Shown piece after piece: positions 30,050-39,600 of a stretch of 64,000 nucleotides of DNA. The translations under genes and the position numbers were made by a program. The notes under the pieces were generated by a model. It was not told the origin of the DNA. It did not search any database and worked only from the letters and a program-made list of their open reading frames with translations. Positions within the stretch are counted from its first letter, which is position 1. Each line of letters opens with the position of its first letter. The stretch comes from Bacteroidales bacterium (GTDB lineage: Bacteria; Bacteroidota; Bacteroidia; Bacteroidales; UBA12077), in NCBI GenBank assembly GCA_013138975.1, contig WTBR01000065.1:43750-107749 (forward strand), given 5' to 3'.

Positions 30050-30613
30050 ATGAAAAAAATTAAAATTTTATTAGCTGTTCTGCTGATAAGTTTTACAGCA
30101 GTAGCACAAGAATTTTCGGTTAATACATCAAAATCGGAATTAAAGTGGACAGGTAAAAAAGTAACAGGAGAACATTGGGGTTTTATTAAATTAAAGGATG
30201 GATCAATTACTCTTAAAAATGATAAAACTCTTGCAGGAGTTTTTCATATCGATATGAATAGTATAGATAACAAAGATTTAGAAGATCCTGAATATAATGG
30301 GAAATTAGTTGGTCATCTTAAATCAGATGATTTTTTTGGTGTTGCAAAATTTTCGATTGCTACTTTAAAAATCACAAAAAGTACACCTTTAAAGAATAAT
30401 ACAACAGATGTTACAGGAGACTTAACAATTAAAGGTATTACTCATCCGGTTACATTTAAAGCAATGAAATCAGAAACGGGTTACACTGCATCTATAAAAA
30501 TTGACAGAACAAAATATGATATTCGTTATGGTTCAGGGAAATTCTTCGATAGTCTTGGCGATAATATGATTTACGATGAATTTGTTTTAGATATAAATCT
30601 GTTTTTAGAATAA
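30050..30613 (+). CDS. YceI-family (polyisoprenoid-binding) periplasmic protein
   Basis: Signal peptide, ELKWTGKKVTGEHWG, and the GHLKSDDFF motif typical of the YceI-like domain. Confidence 0.88.
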   Translation: MKKIKILLAVLLISFTAVAQEFSVNTSKSELKWTGKKVTGEHWGFIKLKDGSITLKNDKTLAGVFHIDMNSIDNKDLEDPEYNGKLVGHLKSDDFFGVAKFSIATLKITKSTPLKNNTTDVTGDLTIKGITHPVTFKAMKSETGYTASIKIDRTKYDIRYGSGKFFDSLGDNMIYDEFVLDINLFLE

Positions 30614-30660
30614 ATACTTTTTAACAGGGTATACAATAAGGTAATATTAAAGCAAAAACA

Positions 30661-30721
30661 CTTCGATAAGCTCAGGATGACAAGCTAATAACAGCGAATT
30701 GTCATACTGAGCTTGTCGAAG
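30661..30721. terminator. Long inverted repeat between convergent genes (bidirectional terminator-like, REP-type sequence)
   Basis: cttcgataagctcaggatgacaa (30661..30683) pairs with ttgtcatactgagcttgtcgaag (30699..30721) as a near-perfect 23-nt inverted repeat. It lies between the yceI-like stop (30613) and the convergent stop (30758). Confidence 0.5.
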
Positions 30722-30757
30722 TATTGAAGGACTCTTTATTTAAAAAAAATAAATGAT

Positions 30758-31711
30758 TTATATTAAATCCAGATCTAACCTATCTCCTATTGCAAATATA
30801 AAATTACCTGTTGCAAAATCAACTAAAATTTGTCCATCACAACTTGGAGTAAATTCATAAAAAACATGACCAAAAACTATATCTGCATCATTTGTTGAAG
30901 ATTCCACTTCTATATCCTGCATAAATACATATCCACTCGTTGGATTTTTTAAACAATCATATGAATAATTTACCCCTATCATAGCCATTTGCAAAACGCC
31001 TGCTGATGATTCCGTATCGTAGTCTTCAACTTTAATAGCCTGTTGACCACCGGATAATATCATTTGTTCTGTTAAAATGTCATCGTAATTATCAAACGTA
31101 CCTTGGTGATATATCTCTATAATCCATGCATTTTGCGTTATTGCAATATTAACTTCACTCTTATCAGTTATGGGTTTATTATTTATTTTAAGTTCTTCTT
31201 CATCTATTTCGTCAGATGTTAAATCATCAAGATCAATCCCTAAATTAATGTCCATGGATGCATAAACTGCAGTAATTTTATTATTGTCAAAAGTTACCGG
31301 GAATGCCACAACATTTTCAAGTTTAAAGGTACCTGCACTAAAGTTCCAATCAGTAAAAAATACTGAAACCAGTGCGGTATTTACTTCTGTTTGAATATAA
31401 GCAATTATCATTTGACCATATGTATCACCTTTAAATTTATATGGGTAATCGGTATTTATATCAACTAATAAAATTTTTGAACTTTTTCCAATTCCTCTTT
31501 TAACATTGGGTATGGTAATTCCCTTTATATCCATAACAACTAATGAAGCGGCATATCCTATCGGAACTACTGTTTTTATAGTTTGCGTAACGGGACTTAC
31601 GGGAGGATCTTGAAACCAATCTTCTAAAGGATTATTAAATTCCTTATTTCTACAAGAGAAATTGATTATTAATAGCAGAATTAAAATATATCTTAAAGTT
31701 TTCATAATCAA
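30758..31711 (-). CDS. Hypothetical lipoprotein
   Basis: 317-aa ORF with a signal peptide and lipobox (IINFSC). I recognise no family. Confidence 0.65.
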   Translation of the reverse strand: MIMKTLRYILILLLIINFSCRNKEFNNPLEDWFQDPPVSPVTQTIKTVVPIGYAASLVVMDIKGITIPNVKRGIGKSSKILLVDINTDYPYKFKGDTYGQMIIAYIQTEVNTALVSVFFTDWNFSAGTFKLENVVAFPVTFDNNKITAVYASMDINLGIDLDDLTSDEIDEEELKINNKPITDKSEVNIAITQNAWIIEIYHQGTFDNYDDILTEQMILSGGQQAIKVEDYDTESSAGVLQMAMIGVNYSYDCLKNPTSGYVFMQDIEVESSTNDADIVFGHVFYEFTPSCDGQILVDFATGNFIFAIGDRLDLDLI

Positions 31712-32189
31712 TTAGTATACATAAATCATTCCAAATAAGTTACATTGTATTATAAAGTATATACAAATATTGCTACCCAATGGAAAACACTTCCTGCTAT
31801 TATTAACAAATGCTATAATAAATGGTTGTACTTTATCTTTTTTATTTTATAAAATAATACCAACTAAACTTGCCATAAGCCATTAAAGTTGTATACAACA
31901 ATAAAAGTCCCATTTCGAAATTACTTTCGGAATAGGACTTTTTATATTATAAATTATAATCTAATTTATTGTTTGTGTTATATCATTTGAGATAAAAGCA
32001 GTTTAGTAATGGGAATTATGATACTGTGCTTATTAAAAACAAGTTAACACATACGATTATCTTCTTACATTCTAGACAAGTGGAGCAGCTCCACACCAAA
32101 CACACACTTTAAATAACGATTTCAACATTCTGCTCAATCTAATTTGCCCTATGATTAATTTTCATTCGAGCTTTTACTGGATTGATAAG

Positions 32190-32552
32190 TTATTTATCAC
32201 TTTGCGCCATCATTTCTTTATAATCTTCATCGCTTACAGATTCCAGATACCCTTTACCTTCACAAGTTGTTAAATCAACTTCAGCAATACATTTAACTTT
32301 ATCATAGTTCAATGTTAAGCCTCCTACCAAATGTACTTTTCCTTTGGCATTTTCAAAATCGGCTTCTTCAAAATTGCAAAATCTTCGATCTAGTTGTATT
32401 CCTATTTCTGTTCCCGTATTTTTATACATAACATGAACATAATCTCTATCTATACACTCTTTTAATGCTGCTGCTGTTTTTTCTGGACGAGCACATTCTA
32501 CGTCTTGTTCTTTTGTTAATCTTATTACTAATTCGTTAAGTTCTTTTTCCAT
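32190..32552 (-). CDS. Hypothetical acidic cytoplasmic protein
   Basis: 120-aa ORF, 25 nt downstream of the 93-aa ORF on the same strand. I recognise no family. Confidence 0.55.
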   Translation of the reverse strand: MEKELNELVIRLTKEQDVECARPEKTAAALKECIDRDYVHVMYKNTGTEIGIQLDRRFCNFEEADFENAKGKVHLVGGLTLNYDKVKCIAEVDLTTCEGKGYLESVSDEDYKEMMAQSDK

Positions 32553-32577
32553 TACTCCAAGTTTTTTTTATTTCTAA

Positions 32578-32859
32578 TTATAGTTCAAATCCTTTATTAA
32601 ATTCTACTCTCCAAACTAACTGAGATAACTTTTTTTCTTCATTTAATCTGTATTGCAACATTTTATGAGATTCAAGTTCTTTCCAAATTTCTTCCAATTT
32701 AGAATCATCTGTTGGTGTTAAAAAGAATATTGCAGCGGTAAGTCTTGTTAATATATTTTCATAAGGTAATTCCCATTCTGAAATTAGTCCTTTTTCTTTT
32801 AATTCTTCTAAATGTTTTTTTACTGCTTTAATTTCAGGAACATTTCCTATTTGTACCAT
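32578..32859 (-). CDS. Hypothetical small protein
   Basis: 93-aa ORF, the first gene of a two-gene unit. I recognise no family. Confidence 0.5.
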   Translation of the reverse strand: MVQIGNVPEIKAVKKHLEELKEKGLISEWELPYENILTRLTAAIFFLTPTDDSKLEEIWKELESHKMLQYRLNEEKKLSQLVWRVEFNKGFEL

Positions 32860-33211
32860 AATATTTAATTTTTGAGATTGCTATTTAAATTATTATTATA
32901 AAGTGTAATACTATTTTTATTCGAATTTTAATGAAATAATCAACATCTTATTTATATGCTTTTATCATAGTCGCACAAATTATTTAAGAATTCAAATGGA
33001 TTCTAAATCTAAACACCTTTTATTAACAAAGCCTAATTATAAAGAATTTCATTTATATTCTTTAATTAACATTATAAATTATTACCAAATAAAACAAACT
33101 AGATAAAGAAAATTAAATGAACAAAAGATTCCGAATTTCTATCAAATCAAATTAGAAGTAATTATAGAATTCTTCAGCCCCTGTTCATTTAGTTAAGTCT
33201 AAATGCGCATT

Positions 33212-35590
33212 TTATTCATATTTGAGAGCTTCAACCGGGTTAGAATTTGCACTTTTTAAGGTATTCTTTAGCACAGTTAATAGAACTATTAGCATAGAAA
33301 GGACAAACGATAAGAGAAGGGTTTTTAAACTCAAATCCTCTTTATAAACAAAATTCGATTGCCACTTATCAAGAAAATATAAAACAATTGGCCAACTGAT
33401 AATATTGGCTAATAGAGTTAAAATTCCATATTTTCTTAGAAATAATAATACGATTTTATATGATGTAGCTCCATTAACTTTTCTAATTCCAATTTCTTTT
33501 TTCTTTTTAGAAATTGAAAAAAGAGATTGCCCGTACAAGCCAATTGCTGCCAAAAGAATTGATATTATGCAGAAAAAAAGAATTATTCGATTTATGTTAT
33601 CCTCTTTATAAAAAGAGGAACTAATTTTATCTTGTACTTCTAAAATTTCAAACTGATGATCCGGGAAATATTCATTCCATGTGTTTGTGGCAAATTCTTT
33701 CGCTTTTGCTTCTCCATTTTTAGTTGTTTTTAGAATAAAATGGTTAGAATTTCTTGGTTTATGAAGCCTAATATGCAATGGATTCTTATTATGCAATAAG
33801 GAAAAAGAATAAAAGTCTTCTACCACCCCTACAATTTTATGATCGTTAATTTTCTCCTCAAGTGGATTTTGATAATTCAGTAATTGGGCTGCTTTTAAAT
33901 TTATTATACACGACTGTGAATCACTAGCTAATCGATTGTCTAGATATCGACCTTCTACAAGTTTAATATCCATTAGTTTTAGATAGTTCCCATCGGTGTG
34001 AATTAGGTCTAAAATAATTCTTGTTTCAGGATCATCTTTAACAGGTATAGAACTAATACCTTTCCAATCTGTCGGTGGCAGTCGAAAACCTGAAACAACG
34101 TCGGTTATTTCAGGAGATTCTAATAAATTAAATTTTAAATTCATTAATTGACTTGCTGTTAATTTTCCGTCTAAATCTGTAACATGCAATCTGTTTTCTG
34201 TTTCGAAACCCGGATCTTTCTTTTTTAAAAACGAAATTTGGCTATAAATACTAAATGTACCTGCAATTAAAACGGTGAAAATTATAATTTGAAAAACGGT
34301 TAAGGAATATTGGAATAGATTTTTCCCTTTGCCCAAATTTGCGTTGCCATTTAGAAGTTTGATTGGAGATTTCCGTGCCAAGAAGAAACTAATATACCCT
34401 GATGATATAATGCTAATAATTATTGTCACAATTAGAAAAGTTCCTAATTGCATCCAATTTCCAAATAGATCAATTTCAATTTGAGTACTAAATAACATAT
34501 TTATTTTATTAATACTAAGTTTAATCAGAAGTAAAGCAATAATAAATGCGATAAAACTTGTAAAAAACGATTCAATAAATTGCTGTCTCCTTATTGATTT
34601 TGTATGACTCCCTATGGTCTTTTTCAGTCCAATCTCTTTTAATCGAGATTCAGAACTTGCCATAGATAAAATGATATAGTTTATCGAAACAATAAAAAGG
34701 ATAAGAATCCCTATTCCTAGAAATAAAAACAAATATGTTGTGTTACCACGTTCAGGGTCATTCATCAAACCTTTTGAATTAAAATGAATATCCAATAAGG
34801 GTTGAAAATAAAAATGTCTTTCCTCTTTTGGAAAAGATTCATTTTCTTCGGATTTATTCCAATTTTGAGTGAATAAATCTATTCGATTAGATTCGTTTAA
34901 TGTAAAATATGTTTCAAAGTAATTCATGCGCCAATCAGATCTAATTGCACTAAAATAACTTCTTCTAGACAAATGCTTTATGATAAAATCATTACTTAAA
35001 AGCATATCAAAAGTAATAGAAGATTCTTTTGGAAAATCATCAACAATAGCATTAATTTGAAATGAATAAATTTCATCATCTATTTGAATATCAATAAGAT
35101 TTCCAATAGGATTTTCTCCATTAAAATACTTTTCATACATGCTTTTTGTTAACACAATTGAGTTCATATTAGTTAAACAATTGTTTGTATTTCCATATAA
35201 AGTATTTGTAGTAAAAACATCAAAGAAACTATTTGAAGTAAACATTGGTTGAGATACTCTTACAAATTCATTATTAACTTTTATGTGAGCATCATAGGGG
35301 TATAATAACTGAGTAACAGCTTCTACTTCAGGAAAGTTATTGCTTAACTGAGTTCCTAAAATATTGGGGGTGTTTGGACCATTAGTTTTATACTTTTTAT
35401 AATGATTTAATACTCGATAGGTTCTATCCTTTTTCTTGTGGAATTTATCATAACTCGTTTGATCGATCAAATAAGAAAGAATAATAAACGTACAGGCAAA
35501 ACCAATAGAAAGACCTATAAGATTAATAAAAAACATGGTTTTGTTTTTCATCAATAATCGTATTGATGAAACGAAATAATGCTTAATCAT
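33212..35590 (-). CDS. FtsX/MacB-type ABC transporter permease (two FtsX modules, MacB-like periplasmic domains)
   Basis: 792 aa with an N-terminal TM, a large extracytoplasmic domain and a 3-TM block, duplicated. The C-terminal end NPVEALKYE is typical of Bacteroidota FtsX-like permeases. No ATPase gene is adjacent. Confidence 0.88.
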   Translation of the reverse strand: MIKHYFVSSIRLLMKNKTMFFINLIGLSIGFACTFIILSYLIDQTSYDKFHKKKDRTYRVLNHYKKYKTNGPNTPNILGTQLSNNFPEVEAVTQLLYPYDAHIKVNNEFVRVSQPMFTSNSFFDVFTTNTLYGNTNNCLTNMNSIVLTKSMYEKYFNGENPIGNLIDIQIDDEIYSFQINAIVDDFPKESSITFDMLLSNDFIIKHLSRRSYFSAIRSDWRMNYFETYFTLNESNRIDLFTQNWNKSEENESFPKEERHFYFQPLLDIHFNSKGLMNDPERGNTTYLFLFLGIGILILFIVSINYIILSMASSESRLKEIGLKKTIGSHTKSIRRQQFIESFFTSFIAFIIALLLIKLSINKINMLFSTQIEIDLFGNWMQLGTFLIVTIIISIISSGYISFFLARKSPIKLLNGNANLGKGKNLFQYSLTVFQIIIFTVLIAGTFSIYSQISFLKKKDPGFETENRLHVTDLDGKLTASQLMNLKFNLLESPEITDVVSGFRLPPTDWKGISSIPVKDDPETRIILDLIHTDGNYLKLMDIKLVEGRYLDNRLASDSQSCIINLKAAQLLNYQNPLEEKINDHKIVGVVEDFYSFSLLHNKNPLHIRLHKPRNSNHFILKTTKNGEAKAKEFATNTWNEYFPDHQFEILEVQDKISSSFYKEDNINRIILFFCIISILLAAIGLYGQSLFSISKKKKEIGIRKVNGATSYKIVLLFLRKYGILTLLANIISWPIVLYFLDKWQSNFVYKEDLSLKTLLLSFVLSMLIVLLTVLKNTLKSANSNPVEALKYE

Positions 35591-35764
35591 ATTTAGATTT
35601 TTTTGTTATTAATAATATTTATACTGTCTATTTAATGCTACATTCTTAAAGAATGTTATCTTGTCACTACTAATTGCATTTATAAAAAAATTATGAAATT
35701 CATTATTGCTTAATAAAAAACTTTTCAATAAAGACTTGTTAATCAGCTAAATTAATTTTGCCAT

Positions 35765-36496
35765 TTACAAAAGTTCAAAATTAAAAATTGAACTATAATC
35801 TTCAAAAGAGTATTTTGGATGTAATTGTCCAAAATAATCCAGATCAAATGGGGTTTCAATAAATCCTAACCACTTTTGCAAAATCTCATTTTGGCCTAAC
35901 CTATCTCCAAGAAAGCTTTCCTCAACCTTTGTAAATGGTATATATAATTCTGCAATTTGATTGAATGAAAAATTTCGCTTTACAGCCTTTTTATATAACT
36001 TTCCTAATTTAGAATATCTATCCTTACAAATAATTTGTATTGCTGTTTCAGGAAAACCATGAAATTTACTAAATGGAGCTATCCATCCTTTTGTTGAATC
36101 TTTGATATATTCAGCCATTTTATGACTCATAATATAAAAGTCCGATTCTATATGAATAATCTTATCATAATCATATAATTGTGCTATTTTATATGAAAAT
36201 GTGAAACTCCTCCACCAACCTTGATAATCATTCCACGTTGGTCTTCCTAAATTATTTTTGAAATGTACCAGATTTATTTTTTTATTGATAGATTCAGGCA
36301 TATTCTCCGGATCTAATATATCCATTTCATATCCGAAATCAGTATCCGGGCTTCCATCATCAATTAGAAACAGATGCTCTGAATTAAAATATTTCATTCT
36401 TTCCAAATAGAATTCTACCCATCTTCGATACCTTTCCTTATTGTTACTATCACTGTTATTATTAATATAACTTGTACAAAATATCAATGTTTTCAT
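35765..36496 (-). CDS. Hypothetical protein, possible GT-A-fold (nucleotide-sugar) transferase
   Basis: HLFLIDDGSPDTDF resembles the GT2 DDGS motif, and HIESDF is a possible DxD-like site. There is an alternative upstream ATG at 36544. The functional call is weak. Confidence 0.6.
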   Translation of the reverse strand: MKTLIFCTSYINNNSDSNNKERYRRWVEFYLERMKYFNSEHLFLIDDGSPDTDFGYEMDILDPENMPESINKKINLVHFKNNLGRPTWNDYQGWWRSFTFSYKIAQLYDYDKIIHIESDFYIMSHKMAEYIKDSTKGWIAPFSKFHGFPETAIQIICKDRYSKLGKLYKKAVKRNFSFNQIAELYIPFTKVEESFLGDRLGQNEILQKWLGFIETPFDLDYFGQLHPKYSFEDYSSIFNFELL

Positions 36497-36653
36497 ATGT
36501 TTAAGTTTTTTGTAATATATAAAATAGTTATTAAACAGAACCATATTTGGGTTGTATTCTGGTAAGAATTGTTTATTTTTTATATGTTATAATGAAACAT
36601 CACTTTGCTTTAGGCTTCTTTTTTCAAAGCTTATTGTACTATTAAAAACCTGA

Positions 36654-39600
36654 TCACTTTTTCTTTAATATATCGCTAATAATTTTCACATTAGTTTCTA
36701 TATGAACAGGAAATAGCATTTCGAAATGCGATCCATTACCCGGATAAAGAGAAAAATGATTATTGGTATATTCTTTCATGCTTTGCACCTTTCCCAATGT
36801 TTCTTTTCTATTTTCTTCATGCCATTGTGAGTGTATAAAATGGATATTTGCATTAATAATTTCAAATTTAGTAATGTTTCTTAAAAAGGAATTATATCCA
36901 ACTATCTTCCTACGTACTTGATCCATTAAGGAATCCAAATTTATTTTCTTCATTTGTTCGTATGTTGAATCAATAAAAAAATCCAAGCTTTTTTCAATCT
37001 CTTCTTCTTTTAAACTTTGCATTTTTTCTAAATCCTTTTCGTTCCATAAGCCATCAATCAAGATTACATCAGAAACGACCTTACCTCTTTGTTCTAGTTC
37101 TTTAGCAACTAGTGAAACTAATTTACATCCAGCTGAATAACCCATTAATCTGTAAGAACTTTGATTATCTATCTCCAATATTTTATTAGCATAGTAATTG
37201 ACTAAATCAATATTCTCAACATAATTGAATGAATGAAAACAATATTCAGGTATTAATCTAGCTACTTCAGCAAAGCAAAGTCCATATCCTATCATTGGAG
37301 GGAAACAAAAGATATTCTCTTTGTTTTTGTCATTATATATCTCATAATCAATTGAAACAAACTTATTTGCCATAATATCTTTTGCAATGGCTTGTATATT
37401 TGATGCCTTGTAAATATGCATTAAAGGTAGAGATATGCCAAATTCAGTTTTAATGGCTGAAACTACGTTTAAAACCTTTAAAGAATGGCCTCCAAGTTCA
37501 AAAAAATCAGCCAAAACACTTATTTCAGTTATTGGAATATTTAAAATTCGAGACCAGATAGCTACAACTTTTTCTTCTGTTTCACTAGCTGGACCAACAT
37601 AATTGTGGTCGGCTTTTACTTGAGGTAATGGTAAGGCTTTATAATTTACTTTCCCATTAGCTGTCAGAGGCAAGCTTTCTATCTCTACAATACAGGATGG
37701 CACCATATATTCAGGTAACAAATCTGTCAAATAACTTCTAAAATCGTTCTCATATTCTTTTTGTCCTAATACAACATAAGCACATAGATATCTATCGTCC
37801 CCTTCTCCTCTGACTATTATTATACATTCTTTTACATTTTCATATTTTAATAAAACATTTTCTATTTCGCCAAGCTCTATCCTAAAACCACGAATTTTCA
37901 CCTGATTATCATGACGTCCAAGTAATTCTATGCACTCTCCTTTTACTTCCTTTCCTATATCTCCTGTTTTATAAACTAAATCATCTGGATTCTCACTAAA
38001 CGGATTTTGTATAAAACTCATTTTTTCATTCCCATTCACATCATAATACCCTAATGTTTTATATGGAGTTCGTATATAAATCTCTCCAGAGATGCCTGTG
38101 GGACATATATTTTGATTCTTATCTAATACTATAAATCTTGAACCTTTTATTGGTTTTATTGGTATATATTGTCTTGAGATATCTTCAATTTTTATTCTGT
38201 ATGATGATTTTGCCAATGTTGTTTCTGTGGGGCCATAGATGTTGACTAGCTGAATCCTTTCTTCAAAAATTTCATACCATTTTTTTAATTCAAAAGGTAT
38301 AATTTTTTCACCTGCTAATAATATATATTTTAATCCATTGATCCGCCCACTATTCAGTTCAACTTTATTCATTTGTCTAAATACACTTGGAACACAATGC
38401 ATTAAAGTTACATCACTTTTCTCTATCCAATCTATGAGCTTTTCTCCATTAAGCTGTATTCCTTCATTCGGTATACATATAGATCCACCTGCAACTAAAG
38501 GGGCAAAAATATCTCTTAAAAAAACATCGAACCCCGGATTTGTAAGTTGACTGAAGTTGTATGTATGGCATATTGAAAATTCAGATATTTCCCATTTAAT
38601 AAAATGTGCCAAACTATTATTTTTACCTAATATGGCCTTTGGCACACCGGTACTTCCCGATGTGTAATAAATATATAATGGGTCAGATGGTAAATACTCC
38701 AACTTTATTCCGCTCTTCCAATTCGTATTATATATTTCATTATTTAAATTAATAAATTGTGTATCTGTTAAGTTGTTTTGATTTTGTTGAAAGACCCGAT
38801 CCATTCCTTCCCCAACTATTATCCAATTGAGTTGTACTTGCTCAACCATACTCAATATTCTATTAACTGGAAAATTAGCATCAAGTGGAACAAATACGCA
38901 ACGAGCATGAATTATACCCAAAATAATGCTTATTACCTCTACTCTATCATTGGAATAAACCCCAATCAAACTTCCTTCTTTTATCCCCAAATTTGATATA
39001 TGCATTGCTATTGCCGTATATCTATTTTGAAGCTCTTTATAACTTATTTCTCCATTTTCATCTTTAATTGCTATTTTATCTTGGTTATTTCTAAAACTTC
39101 TCCTAATAATTTCTTGAATAGTTAATTCTTCAATTTCCGGATCTGTTATTATTTCATTGAATTTTTCTATTTTTATTTTTCTATCTTCTATTGATAGCAA
39201 ACTTATTGTGGATATCTTTTTTTGTTGATTTAATGCTACCTGATCAGTTAATATCTTAAAATAATCAATAAATTTGCTTATTGTTTCTTTATTAAATAGT
39301 TTCTTTCTATATTCAAATATCAGCACAATATTGCTTCTATGCTCCCATCCTCTTAAATACAAATCAAACTTTACATTCCCCTCTGAATAAATATTCTTTG
39401 TATCTTCAATTTCTTGATTTTTGCTAAAATCAATATGATTAAGCAAATTAAACATTACATCAATTAACGGATTTCTACTTAAATCTCGCCCGATCGATAT
39501 ATTCTCAACTAATTCCTCAAATTGATATTCTTGATTCTCAAAAGCATCTAAAACGTTTTGCCTTAATCTTGCAACAAACTCTTTTATGGTATTATCTTCT

